This document shows positions 9,647 to 19,031 of a stretch of DNA of 64,000 bases, piece after piece. The first letter of the stretch is position 1; each line of letters opens with the position of its first letter. The position numbers and the translations under genes are program-made. Where the stretch lies: NCBI GenBank assembly GCA_002414225.1, contig DHYV01000040.1, positions 49,656-113,655 of the forward strand. Reading direction: 5' to 3'. Origin of the DNA: Desulfobulbaceae bacterium UBA5121 (GTDB lineage: Bacteria; Desulfobacterota; Desulfobulbia; Desulfobulbales; UBA5123). Under the pieces are notes generated by a model. It did no database searches, had not been told where the DNA came from, and saw only the letters and a list, made by a program, of their open reading frames with translations.

Positions 9647-10429
9647 ATGACGAAACAGAGCGAGCAGCACGACGGTGGCGCCCAATCCCATCCCAGAGGG
9701 ACCATCTGCCTCTTGCCGAGCCTGCTCACCACGGTGAGTCTGTTCAGCGGTTTTTACGGGATCGTCTCCGCCATCAACGGCAACTACTTCCACGGTGCGG
9801 TGGCCATCGTGGTTTCTGCGGTATTCGACGGCCTGGATGGCCGGGTGGCCCGGCTTACCGGCACGGCCAGTCGTTTCGGCATGGAGTACGACTCGCTCTG
9901 CGATCTGGTCGCCTTCGGGGTGGCGCCGGCGGTGCTCGCCTATCTCTGGACCCTGCGGGAGTATGGCCGCTACGGCTGGCTTGCCGCCTTCCTCTATGTA
10001 GCCACAACTGCCTTGCGGTTGGCGCGGTTCAACACCCAGGACTCGGCCTCGGCCTCCAAGGAGTTCACCGGCCTGCCCTGTCCGGCCGCCGCCTGCATGA
10101 TCGCCACCTCCATCTTCTTCTGTCTCTTTGTTGAGGTGGGGAGCCCGGTGAAGGATTTCGGCATGCTGATCCTGGTCTACGCCCTTTCCTACCTGATGGT
10201 CAGCACCCACCGCTACCAGAGCTTCAAACACCCCGAAACAACCATGGCCAAGGCATTCCACGTCCTGGTGGCCATGGTGCTGGTGATCATCCTCATCGCC
10301 ACCGAGCCGCAGATCACCCTCTTCTTCGTCCTGCTGCTCTATGTGGCCTCGGGGCCATTGACCGGCCTGTTCGGGCTGCTGTTCAGGGAAAAAAAAACCG
10401 TAGTCAACTCTGAAAAACTGGTGCGCTAG
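9647..10429 (+). CDS. pssA: CDP-diacylglycerol--serine O-phosphatidyltransferase
   Basis: CDP-alcohol phosphatidyltransferase motif [26 protein letters not shown], with multiple TM helices. Confidence 0.9.
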   Translation: MTKQSEQHDGGAQSHPRGTICLLPSLLTTVSLFSGFYGIVSAINGNYFHGAVAIVVSAVFDGLDGRVARLTGTASRFGMEYDSLCDLVAFGVAPAVLAYLWTLREYGRYGWLAAFLYVATTALRLARFNTQDSASASKEFTGLPCPAAACMIATSIFFCLFVEVGSPVKDFGMLILVYALSYLMVSTHRYQSFKHPETTMAKAFHVLVAMVLVIILIATEPQITLFFVLLLYVASGPLTGLFGLLFREKKTVVNSEKLVR

Positions 10430-10553
10430 CGGCTGGGGTCGTCGTTGTTCCCGGCGCCACGTCCGGTGTAAATCTTTAAAAAAAATAAAAAATTCCGGCC
10501 ACCAGGGCGGTCTGCCCCAGCCGGAAGCTCTCCTCAAACGGAGCCATAGCCAC

Positions 10554-12077
10554 ATGTCGGAGAAGATCTTCATATTCGATACGACCCTGCGGGACGGCGA
10601 ACAGTCGCCCGGAGCCAGCATGAACATGCAGGAGAAGTTCCGTCTCGCCCAGCAGCTGGTCAAGCTCAACGTCGATGTCATCGAGGCGGGCTTCCCCGTT
10701 GCCTCGGCCGGCGACTTCGACTGCGTCAAGAACATCGCCGACAACCTGCGTGGCGTGCAGGTGGCGGGGCTCGCCCGCTGCCACGAAAAGGACATCGACA
10801 CCGCCTGGGAGGCGCTTAAAAAAGGCGAGAACCCCCGCATCCACACCTTCCTCGCCACCTCGGACATCCATCTCAAGCACAAGCTGCGCATGAGTCGAGA
10901 GCAGGTGCTGGAACGGGCGGTGGCCATGGTGCGCCGCGCGGCTCGGTATACCTCCAACGTTGAGTTCTCGGCCGAGGACGCCTCGCGCAGCGATCTCGGT
11001 TTCGTCTGCCAGGTCTTCACCGCGGTGATCGAGGCCGGCGCCACCACCCTGAACTTCCCGGACACCACCGGCTACGCGCTCCCCGATGAATTTGGCGCCC
11101 AGATTCGTTACCTTATGGAGCATATCCCCAATATTCACAAGGCGGTGGTCAGTGTCCACTGCCACAACGATCTGGGGCTCGCGGTGGCCAACTCGCTCGC
11201 CGCCGTCGCCAATGGCGCCCGGCAGGTGGAGTGCACCCTCAACGGTATCGGCGAGCGGGCCGGCAATACCGCCATGGAAGAGGTGGTGATGGCGCTCCGC
11301 ACCCGGGCCGACCGGCTCCCTTACCACACCGAGGTGGTCACCGAGCACATCCACGCCTCAAGCCGCATGGTCACCACCATCACCGGGCTGCCGGTGCAGC
11401 CCAATAAGGCCATTGTCGGCGCCAACGCCTTTGCCCACGAGTCGGGCATCCACCAGGACGGAGTGCTCAAGGAGCGCACCACCTACGAGATCATGAATCC
11501 CAGCGACATCGGGCTTACCAAGGGCAATCTGGTGCTGGGCAAGCACTCGGGCCGCCACGCCCTCAAGGATCGGGTGGAGGCCATGGGCTACACCCTTACC
11601 GCCGAGGAACTCGACCGGGTCTTTGTGCGGTTCAAGGAGGTGGCCGACGTTAAAAAGGAGATGTTCGACGAGGACCTCGAGTCCATTGTCATGGACGAGG
11701 TGCTTCGCATCCCCGAGGCATACGAACTCCTGTCGCTGCTGGTGATGAGCGGCAGCCGGGGGCTGCCCACCGCGGCGGTGAAATTGAAGGTGGACGGCCG
11801 GGAGGTGGAGAAGGCGGTGATCGGCATCGGTCCCATCGACGCCTGTTTCCGGGCCATCGCCGATCTTACCGAAACCAGCAGCAAGCTCCTCTACTTCGCG
11901 GTCAGTTCCATTTCCGGCGGTACCGATGCCCAGGGCGAAGTGATGGTGCGCATCGAGGACAACGGCAAGGTGGTGGTGGGCCAGGGCGCGGACCCGGACA
12001 TCATCATCGCCGCTGCCAACGCCTATCTCAACGGCTTGAATCGGCTGGTCTTCCTTAAACGAGGCGGCCGCGGGTGA
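10554..12077 (+). CDS. leuA: 2-isopropylmalate synthase
   Basis: [30 protein letters not shown] and a C-terminal LeuA dimerisation/regulatory domain. 507 aa. Confidence 0.95.
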   Translation: MSEKIFIFDTTLRDGEQSPGASMNMQEKFRLAQQLVKLNVDVIEAGFPVASAGDFDCVKNIADNLRGVQVAGLARCHEKDIDTAWEALKKGENPRIHTFLATSDIHLKHKLRMSREQVLERAVAMVRRAARYTSNVEFSAEDASRSDLGFVCQVFTAVIEAGATTLNFPDTTGYALPDEFGAQIRYLMEHIPNIHKAVVSVHCHNDLGLAVANSLAAVANGARQVECTLNGIGERAGNTAMEEVVMALRTRADRLPYHTEVVTEHIHASSRMVTTITGLPVQPNKAIVGANAFAHESGIHQDGVLKERTTYEIMNPSDIGLTKGNLVLGKHSGRHALKDRVEAMGYTLTAEELDRVFVRFKEVADVKKEMFDEDLESIVMDEVLRIPEAYELLSLLVMSGSRGLPTAAVKLKVDGREVEKAVIGIGPIDACFRAIADLTETSSKLLYFAVSSISGGTDAQGEVMVRIEDNGKVVVGQGADPDIIIAAANAYLNGLNRLVFLKRGGRG

Positions 12078-12100
12078 CGAGCCGTTCGGTTCGCAGCCCC

Positions 12101-12137
12101 GGCATCGGCAAGCGCTTGCCGATGCCCTGTTCTTTCG
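12101..12137 (+). terminator. stem-loop terminator after leuA
   Basis: ggcatcggcaagcgcttgccgatgcc is a near-perfect palindrome, followed by ctgttctttc. Confidence 0.5.
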
Positions 12138-12221
12138 GAGCGGCCACCCGCTTAAGGACGACAATTTGTTTTATGTAATTCGGTCAACACAAAATTAGAC
12201 ACCAAGAGGAATCAACGAACC

Positions 12222-13250
12222 ATGAGTAAGTCAACCCGTACCTTTAACGTTGCCGTTGCCGGCGCCACCGGTGCCGTGGGCGGCGCCATGCTCGATGTCC
12301 TGGAACGGCGGAATTTCCCTGTCAAGGAACTGCGCCTGCTCGCCTCGGAGCGCTCGGTGGGCAAGAAACTTACCTTTCGCGGCCAGGAGATCGCTGTTCA
12401 GCAGTTGACCAAGGACGCCTTCACCGGCATCGACGTGGCGCTCTTTTCGGCCGGCGGCGACCGGTCGCTCGAGTTCGCGCCGGCCGCCGCCGCCGCGGGC
12501 GCGGTGGTGGTGGACAATTCCAGCGCCTTCCGCATGGACCCCGAGATCCCCCTGGTGGTGCCCGAGGTCAACCCCCACGCCATCGCCCAGTACAAGAAGC
12601 GCGGCATCATCGCCAACCCCAACTGCTCCACCATCCAGATGCTGGTGGCCTTGAAGCCCATCCATGACAAGGTGGGGATCAAGCGCATCGTGGTTTCCAC
12701 CTATCAGGCGGTTTCGGGCACCGGCGCCAAGGCCATCGAGGAACTCAAGCAGCAGGTGCTCGACTACGCCGCCGGCAAGTCCATGGCGCACAAGGTTTAT
12801 CCCCACCAGATCGCCTTCAACTGCCTGCCCCACATCGATTCCTTCCTGGCCAACGGCTATACCAAGGAAGAGATGAAGATGGTCAACGAAACCCGCAAGA
12901 TGTTCGAGGACAACTCCATCGGGGTCACCGCCACCACGGTGCGGGTGCCGGTTTTCTACGGCCATTCCGAGTCGGTGAACATCGAAACCAAGGAGAAGAT
13001 CAGCAGTTCCGAGGTCAAGGCACTCCTTGCCAACGCACCCGGGGTGAAGCTGGTTGACGACCCTGCCAACGCCAAGTACCCCCTCGCCACCGACTGCGCC
13101 GGCAACTTCGAAACCCTGGTGGGGCGCATCCGCGAGGACGAGTCCATCGCCAACGGCATCAACCTCTGGGTGGTGGCCGACAACATCCTCAAGGGTGCGG
13201 CCCTCAACGCGGTGCAGATCGCCGAGATCCTCATCGACAAGTATATCTAG
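12222..13250 (+). CDS. asd: aspartate-semialdehyde dehydrogenase
   Basis: VAGATGAVG Rossmann motif and active-site NPNCSTIQM. 342 aa. Confidence 0.95.
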   Translation: MSKSTRTFNVAVAGATGAVGGAMLDVLERRNFPVKELRLLASERSVGKKLTFRGQEIAVQQLTKDAFTGIDVALFSAGGDRSLEFAPAAAAAGAVVVDNSSAFRMDPEIPLVVPEVNPHAIAQYKKRGIIANPNCSTIQMLVALKPIHDKVGIKRIVVSTYQAVSGTGAKAIEELKQQVLDYAAGKSMAHKVYPHQIAFNCLPHIDSFLANGYTKEEMKMVNETRKMFEDNSIGVTATTVRVPVFYGHSESVNIETKEKISSSEVKALLANAPGVKLVDDPANAKYPLATDCAGNFETLVGRIREDESIANGINLWVVADNILKGAALNAVQIAEILIDKYI

Positions 13251-13277
13251 GCGCGGGCTGCGGCCGATGACGCCAAC

Positions 13278-13322
13278 CGTTCGGACCGCAGGCCGCAAGC
13301 CTTCGGTCCGAACGCTTTTTTT
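13278..13322 (+). terminator. rho-independent terminator after asd
   Basis: cgttcggaccg...cggtccgaacg stem with an inner aggc/gcct extension, followed by ttttttt (13316-13322). Confidence 0.8.
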
Positions 13323-13334
13323 GAGGTCCGCCTG

Positions 13335-13928
13335 GTGAGAATCATTGCTGGGACCGCCAGGGGACGGCGGCTGGCGACCCCGGCCCGCGGGGGGGCGGTG
13401 CAGACCATCCGTCCCACCGCCGACCGGGCGCGGGAGGCGCTGTTCAGCATCATCGCCCGCGAGGTGGCGGGTGCGGCGGTGGCCGATCTCTTTGCCGGCA
13501 CCGGCGCCCTGGGCCTTGAGGCATTGAGCCGCGGGGCCGCCTCGGCCCTCTTTGTCGACCGGCAGCGACAGGCCCTTGACCTTATCCGGGAGAACATCGA
13601 CCGTTGCGGCTTTGCCGACCGGGCCGCGGTGGTCCAGCGGGATCTGGGGCGGGGAATCGTCTTGCCGGCCGGAACCCTTCCCGCCGCAGGCTTTGCCCTG
13701 GTGTTTCTCGACCCGCCTTACGGGAAGGGGCTCGCCCAGAAGATCCTCGCCGAACTGGGGGGCACCGCCGGGGTGGTGGCCGTCGGCGGCCTGGTGGTCG
13801 CCGAAGAGATGCGGGGGGCCGTATTTGCCCAACACTACGGGCCGCTTTGCCTCCAGGAGCAGCGTTGCTACGGCGACACCGGCTTCTGGTTCTTCCGCGT
13901 CCGGCACCCCATGGGTCCGAATCCGTGA
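13335..13928 (+). CDS. rsmD: 16S rRNA (guanine966-N2)-methyltransferase
   Basis: GTG start. MRIIAGTARGRRL..PTADRAREALF...DLFAGTGALGLEALSRGA...FLDPPY, the RsmD motifs. Confidence 0.85.
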   Translation: MRIIAGTARGRRLATPARGGAVQTIRPTADRAREALFSIIAREVAGAAVADLFAGTGALGLEALSRGAASALFVDRQRQALDLIRENIDRCGFADRAAVVQRDLGRGIVLPAGTLPAAGFALVFLDPPYGKGLAQKILAELGGTAGVVAVGGLVVAEEMRGAVFAQHYGPLCLQEQRCYGDTGFWFFRVRHPMGPNP

Positions 13929-13994
13929 CCATGGGGTACGTGGCGCGGATCTGGCGCCCGGACGAACGCTGACGGATGCAGGAGGGAGAGATCC

Positions 13995-14528
13995 ATGACC
14001 GCCTACGAGCCCTTTGTGGCGCCCAAGACCAGTGAGCGGATTGCCGTCTATCCCGGCACTTTTGATCCCATCACCCGAGGCCACCTCGACATCATCCATC
14101 GTGCCCTCAGCCTCTTCGACCGGGTGATCGTGGCGGTGGGGATCAACGCCGCCAAGCAGCCGCTTTTTTCCCTGGAGGAGCGGATGGCGATGATCCGCGA
14201 CTGCTTTCCGGCCGACGAAAAGCGCATCGAGGTGGACGCGGTGACCGGCCTGCTGGTGGACTACGCCTACACCAAGGGGGCGCGGGCCATTATCCGGGGG
14301 TTGCGGGCGGTTTCCGACTTTGACTACGAGTTCCAGCTGGCGCTCATGAACCGGCGCATCGAGCGGGAGGTTGAAACCGTTTTTCTGATGACCGGCTTCC
14401 GCTGGATCTACATCAGTTCGAGCATTATCAAGGACGCGGCGCGGCACGGCGGCGACGTGGGCGGCCTGGTGCCGGACCATGTCTGTGAAAGGCTGCGGGA
14501 GCGGTTCATGATGCCCGGCAACGGTTGA
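13995..14528 (+). CDS. coaD: pantetheine-phosphate adenylyltransferase
   Basis: VYPGTFDPITRGHLD (T/HxGH motif) and ISSSIIKD. 177 aa. Confidence 0.9.
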   Translation: MTAYEPFVAPKTSERIAVYPGTFDPITRGHLDIIHRALSLFDRVIVAVGINAAKQPLFSLEERMAMIRDCFPADEKRIEVDAVTGLLVDYAYTKGARAIIRGLRAVSDFDYEFQLALMNRRIEREVETVFLMTGFRWIYISSSIIKDAARHGGDVGGLVPDHVCERLRERFMMPGNG

Positions 14529-14568
14529 AGAGGACCGGGGTGCGATGCGTTGCAGCGGGGGAAGGGAG

Positions 14569-14973
14569 ATGAACCGGCGTGAGGTGCTCGGCGAGGGCTG
14601 GAAATGGCTGCGCCTGGCCGTTGCCGCAGCGCTCCTCTACCCCCTGCTGCGTTTCCTCGGTTTCAAGGTGCCCCGGAAACCCCGCCGGGTGGAGGTGCAC
14701 AAGTCGCTCAAGGTCACCGGTTTCATCATCGAACACGAGTTCATCATCTTCGACGGGGCCAAGGGGCCCTGGGCCGTCTCCCGCAAGTGTACCCACCTGG
14801 GCTGCCGGCTCAACTACCGGGAAAAGGAGCACATCCTCCTCTGTCCCTGTCACCAGAGCCGTTTCTCCCCTCAGGGCCGGCGCCTGGCCGGCCCGGCACA
14901 GCGCAATCTTCCCACCTTTCCGGTGGCCGCCCTTCACGAAGGCGAGGACAAGGGCTACGTGGTAACCCTCTGA
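14569..14973 (+). CDS. Rieske [2Fe-2S] protein (small, membrane-anchored)
   Basis: CTHLGCRLNY and CPCHQSRF cluster-binding boxes. Start chosen at MNRREVLGEG (twin-Arg-like NRRE, RBS gggggaagggag). The track start at 14545 is also possible. Confidence 0.8.
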   Translation: MNRREVLGEGWKWLRLAVAAALLYPLLRFLGFKVPRKPRRVEVHKSLKVTGFIIEHEFIIFDGAKGPWAVSRKCTHLGCRLNYREKEHILLCPCHQSRFSPQGRRLAGPAQRNLPTFPVAALHEGEDKGYVVTL

Positions 14974-14983
14974 AAGGCGAACA

Positions 14984-15856
14984 ATGGCTGTTCTGTGGCG
15001 AGGCAAAGAGATCGATGTGAAGGCTGCCTTCAGCGGGGTGGCCTGGGGCGAGAAAAGCCTGGTGGCGCTCTACGTCTCGGTTCTCTCCGGCATCGTCGTC
15101 GCCCTCCAGTACAACCCGGCCGAGCCGCTCTATTCCGCCACCATCATGGATCTCCTGGTGCCCTTCGGCGCCTTCTGGCGGTCGCTCCACTTCTACTCAA
15201 GCCAGCTCTTCTTCCTGTTCATCGTCTGTCACCTGCTCGCCGTCCTTCTCGACCGCTTCCCGGTGACCATGTCCTTCAGGAAGTGGCTGCCGCTGGTCTG
15301 CTCGCTGCCGGTGGTGGTGCTGGTGCTTTTCACCGGTTATGTGCTGCGGGGGGATGTCACCGGCGAGATGGCCGGCTTCATCGCCGAAAATATCGTCCTC
15401 TCCGTGCCGGTGGCTGGCCGCTGGCTGAACAACCTGCTCTTTGCCATCAGCAGTGACGGCATGCAGCGGGTCTACGTCAACCACCTCATCGGCCTCGGCG
15501 TGCTCTGGGGGGTGCTCTCCTGGGACCACCTGCGCCGTTACCGGGTGTCGTGGCGCCAGCATGGTGCCCTGCTGGTGGCGTTGCTGGTCGCCTGTCTGGC
15601 GTTGACCGCGCCCATGGAAACCGAACACCTGGGGGTGTTCCGCATCGCCGGCCCCTGGTTCTTCCTCGGCGTTCAGGAACTGCTCCGTTATGTGCCGCCG
15701 GTCTGGGCCGGGGTGGTCTTTCCCCTTACCCTGGTCGTTGCCCTCTGCCTCCTCGGTTCGCCGGAGAGGCGGACCGCCGACCGGGCAGTGCGTTTTTCGC
15801 TGCTCTGGCTGGGGACGTATGCTATCCTTAGCCTGGTAATGATTCTCGGCCACTGA
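14984..15856 (+). CDS. cytochrome b (b6-like N-terminal part fused to a subunit-IV-like C-terminal part)
   Basis: Helix-B pair LHFYSSQLFFLFIVCH has 13 residues between the His. Helix-D pair RVYVNHLIGLGVLWGVLSWDH has 14 between. The C-terminal GPWFFLGVQELLRYVP aligns with the PEWY/Qo region. Confidence 0.75.
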   Translation: MAVLWRGKEIDVKAAFSGVAWGEKSLVALYVSVLSGIVVALQYNPAEPLYSATIMDLLVPFGAFWRSLHFYSSQLFFLFIVCHLLAVLLDRFPVTMSFRKWLPLVCSLPVVVLVLFTGYVLRGDVTGEMAGFIAENIVLSVPVAGRWLNNLLFAISSDGMQRVYVNHLIGLGVLWGVLSWDHLRRYRVSWRQHGALLVALLVACLALTAPMETEHLGVFRIAGPWFFLGVQELLRYVPPVWAGVVFPLTLVVALCLLGSPERRTADRAVRFSLLWLGTYAILSLVMILGH

Positions 15857-16031
15857 TGCCGGATACGCCCCAGTCCCGGGGCCACCGACCGTTTTCCCCG
15901 GGCAGTGGGTGAGCTGGAAGGAGAGTCCCGTCGGTGTCCGTTCCGCATTCCTTATACTCGTCTGCCCGAGACGCGTCCTGCGCCGGCCGTTGCCTTCTGG
16001 GCGGTGTGCGCTTCCTGCCTGGAGGCTTTCG

Positions 16032-17450
16032 ATGAAATTGGGATCTCTCTCCGGCCCACGCCTCTGCTTGTTGCTGCTGGTCCTGGTCCTGGCCTTTGGC
16101 GTCCGTTTTCTCTACCTCTCCGAGGCCGTCTATGCCAATCCCCTGAGAGGAGACGCGTCACAGTATTTCGCATCGGCCTACAACTTGTTTCACAACGGTG
16201 TCTACTCTTCGCAGATTTCCGGCCTGTCGAGTGACAAAGGTCTCCGGTCCGACGCATCCCGCGGCCCCGGGTATCCGTTTTTTCTGATGCCCTTTCTCAC
16301 CGTTTCGCAAGATCTGCCCGCATTTTTCAACAACGTTTTCCTCGTCCAGGCGGTCATCGGCACCTTGTCGGTGGGATTGACCTTTTGGCTGGGCTATATG
16401 ATCTTCGGCGCCCCCGGGGGGCTTTTCGCCGCCCTGCTCCTGGCGCTTACCCCCCAGGTGATCGCCCTGGAGGGGAACCTTCTTTCGGAAACCCTGTTCA
16501 CCTTTTCTCTGCTCGTTGCGGTCGTCGTGTTGGTATCGGAAATAAGGGAGGCGTCGATGGTCAAGCTTTTCGGCGCCGGTTTTTTCTTTGGCGTAGCCGC
16601 CTTGGTGCGTCTTTCGGCTCTGCCCATCGGCCCTTTTGTCGGCCTGTTCAGGCTGGCCAGGCATGCCAGCGGCAAGTCCCTGTTCCGTTGGGCCCGCTTC
16701 AGATGCTATCTGTTGTTCCTGGTCGGTTTCCTAACCGCCGTGGGGCCGTTTTTCGTCCGTAACACCGTGGTGCTGGGGAGCCCACTGCCCAAGAGTTCAA
16801 AGGCCTGGGAGAATTTCCTCATGGGCAGCTATCCTGATTACATTTACAAGAATGGGGGGACGTACGGCTACCCTTACCGCGATGACCCGGCGTATCCACG
16901 GATGTTCGAGGACAAGGACGAGGCGTGGCGGATCATCGGAGAGCGATTCCGGGCCGAGCCCTGGAAGTATCTGCGCTGGTATCTTTTGGGTAAGATTGTC
17001 GGTATGTGGCAATGGGATCAGGGGGTTGGCGGCACCGGCGATGTGTATGTTTTCCCCCTGGAGTCTTACCCCTTTCAGTCCGATGCGGTTCTTGCCGTTA
17101 TCCATTTGGTGATGCGAATCCTTCATGTGCCGCTTCTCCTTGCCGCCCTTGCCGGCGTGGTGTATTTCCTCCGCTCTCTCAGGAGTTCCTGGCGGCGTGA
17201 CCGCGAGGATGGCCCAGGTACGGCGCGCAGGCAGGCAATGCTCCTGTTTTTTGGAATGCTTCTTTTGCAGACCGTGCTCCTGATCATTCTCTTCCCGGTT
17301 CCTCGGCTCATGGTTCCCTTTACCCCCTACATGCTGCTCTTTGCCTTTTTCGGCCTGCAGCAGACAGGCCGGCTCCTTGGCGACTGGCGGTCGCTGCGGC
17401 GAGAACGGCGCCAACCTGTGTCGTGGCAGAGAAACGGCGCATTGCATTGA
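16032..17450 (+). CDS. glycosyltransferase family 39 (ArnT/PMT-like, polyprenyl-phosphate-sugar dependent), polytopic membrane protein
   Basis: Start at MKLGSLSGPRLCLLLLVLVLAFGVRFLYL. Many TM helices. The early RGDASQYF..A and GPGYPFF loop is typical of GT39/PMT_2 proteins. Confidence 0.7.
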   Translation: MKLGSLSGPRLCLLLLVLVLAFGVRFLYLSEAVYANPLRGDASQYFASAYNLFHNGVYSSQISGLSSDKGLRSDASRGPGYPFFLMPFLTVSQDLPAFFNNVFLVQAVIGTLSVGLTFWLGYMIFGAPGGLFAALLLALTPQVIALEGNLLSETLFTFSLLVAVVVLVSEIREASMVKLFGAGFFFGVAALVRLSALPIGPFVGLFRLARHASGKSLFRWARFRCYLLFLVGFLTAVGPFFVRNTVVLGSPLPKSSKAWENFLMGSYPDYIYKNGGTYGYPYRDDPAYPRMFEDKDEAWRIIGERFRAEPWKYLRWYLLGKIVGMWQWDQGVGGTGDVYVFPLESYPFQSDAVLAVIHLVMRILHVPLLLAALAGVVYFLRSLRSSWRRDREDGPGTARRQAMLLFFGMLLLQTVLLIILFPVPRLMVPFTPYMLLFAFFGLQQTGRLLGDWRSLRRERRQPVSWQRNGALH

Positions 17451-17465
17451 ATCGACTCGGAGTCC

Positions 17466-19031
17466 ATGATCGCGTCGCAGAACACCGTCGTCCTCGTGAA
17501 TCCCAATCTGGTGGTGCAACGAAGCGACCTCTTCACCACCGGCATCGTCTACATGCCCATCGGTCTTGCCTCGTTCGCGGCGGTGGTGCGGGAGGCAGGG
17601 TTTTCCTGCCAGGTGGTCGATGCCTTTGGCGAGGCTCCCAATCAGTGCTGGCGCGCGGACGGCTTCCTTTATCGCGGGCTCACCTTTGCCCAGGTGACCG
17701 AACGGATTAACGATGGGGTACTGGCGGTGTGCCTCTCGGCCATGAACCTCACCCATCACGGCTCCCTGGTCGGCCTGCTGCGGGCCATCCGTCAGGGCCG
17801 ACCGCGGGCCAGGCTGGTGGTGCTGGAGAACAGCCAGGCGGTGACCGCCTACAACCTCCATGCCGTGCGGCGGGAACTCTTCGCGGCCGGGGCGGACTAC
17901 ATTCTCCGTGGTGAACCGGAAGAGCGTGGCCTGGCGTTGTTCGCGGCCATGGCGGCGGGCCGGCCGGTGGCCATCCCGGGCGTGGAAGGGGGGGGCGGGC
18001 CGGCAGGCGAGGAGGGGAGCGAGACCTCGGCCGCGCCGCTCCCCAAGATCGGCGCTCTGGACCGTCTGCCCTTTCCGGCCTGGGAGTTCTTCCCGCTCGA
18101 GAACTACTGGCGGCTCGGCTACGCCCATGGGCCGCTTTCATCCCGCCGCTACCTGCCGCTCCTCACCTCGCGGGGCTGTCCTTACCGCTGCCGCTTCTGC
18201 GTGGTACCATCCACCAACGATGGCGCCTGGCGGGCCCGGTCGGCCAGTGACGTGGTGGACGAGATGGAGGTCGCCCTGCACCGCTTCGGGGTGACGGAGT
18301 TTCATGTCGAGGATCTCAACCCCACGGTGAGCGAGGAGCGCATCAAGAAACTCTGCCACGAGATCCTGCGGCGCGGGCTCAAGGTGGCGTTCAAGTTCTG
18401 CGCCGGCACCAAGATCGAAACCATCCGTTCCGAGGAAACCATCGAGCTGCTGGCCCGGGCGGGCTGCAGGTATCTCTCCATGTCGCCGGAGAGCGGCTCG
18501 GCAAGGGTGCTCGCCCTGATGCACAAGCCCTTTGACGCGGGTCACGCCCTGCGCATGCTCCGGGCCATGAATCGTGCCGGCATCCGTTCCCAGGCATGTT
18601 TCGTCCTCGGGTTTCCCGGAGAAACCGACGAAGACCGCTCCGAGACCGAGGCCATGGTCCACCAGCTGGTCCGAGAGGGGGTGGACGAGATCGCGCTCTT
18701 CGTGGCAAGCCCGGTTCCGGGTTCCGCCATTGCCGCCGAGTTTGCCGGCCAGTGCGATGACTGCTCGGCGCTCACCTTTTCGCCTGCCTGGCGGCAGGAC
18801 TATGCCAGGCTCAACGCTTTCCGCCTGGGGCTCTACCGGAAGTTTCTGGGCTGGAAACTTCGCTACCACTTCTTTTCCGTGCTGCGCCAGGCGGCGAATT
18901 TTCTCCGCCGTCGTTTCGAGACCAAGATGGAAATGGTACCCTTCCGCGCCCTCCATACCCTGCTGCTCGACCGCGGCATCATCGGCACTCGTCTCGGTGG
19001 TCAGCTGCCCCCAGGGGGCGGGGAGGGCTGA
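17466..19031 (+). CDS. B12-binding-domain radical SAM protein (class B)
   Basis: The N-terminal Rossmann-like VVLVNPN...YMPIGLASFAAVV resembles cobalamin-binding domains. Radical SAM motif LTSRGCPYRCRFC. 521 aa. Confidence 0.8.
   Translation: MIASQNTVVLVNPNLVVQRSDLFTTGIVYMPIGLASFAAVVREAGFSCQVVDAFGEAPNQCWRADGFLYRGLTFAQVTERINDGVLAVCLSAMNLTHHGSLVGLLRAIRQGRPRARLVVLENSQAVTAYNLHAVRRELFAAGADYILRGEPEERGLALFAAMAAGRPVAIPGVEGGGGPAGEEGSETSAAPLPKIGALDRLPFPAWEFFPLENYWRLGYAHGPLSSRRYLPLLTSRGCPYRCRFCVVPSTNDGAWRARSASDVVDEMEVALHRFGVTEFHVEDLNPTVSEERIKKLCHEILRRGLKVAFKFCAGTKIETIRSEETIELLARAGCRYLSMSPESGSARVLALMHKPFDAGHALRMLRAMNRAGIRSQACFVLGFPGETDEDRSETEAMVHQLVREGVDEIALFVASPVPGSAIAAEFAGQCDDCSALTFSPAWRQDYARLNAFRLGLYRKFLGWKLRYHFFSVLRQAANFLRRRFETKMEMVPFRALHTLLLDRGIIGTRLGGQLPPGGGEG

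Noticed and set aside
12231-14480. 749-aa minus-strand ORF spanning asd, rsmD and coaD
   Set aside because: It is antisense to three genes with textbook motifs. Its composition is dominated by G/R/P/A/H/V, it has no recognisable motifs, and it crosses two plus-strand terminators. The same reasoning applies to 2595-4580, 6306-7640, 9419-11068, 10476-11354, 16797-18128, 22078-23085, 31109-32425, 35449-36252, 39708-41195, 43462-44772, 50438-52027 and similar antisense ORFs.
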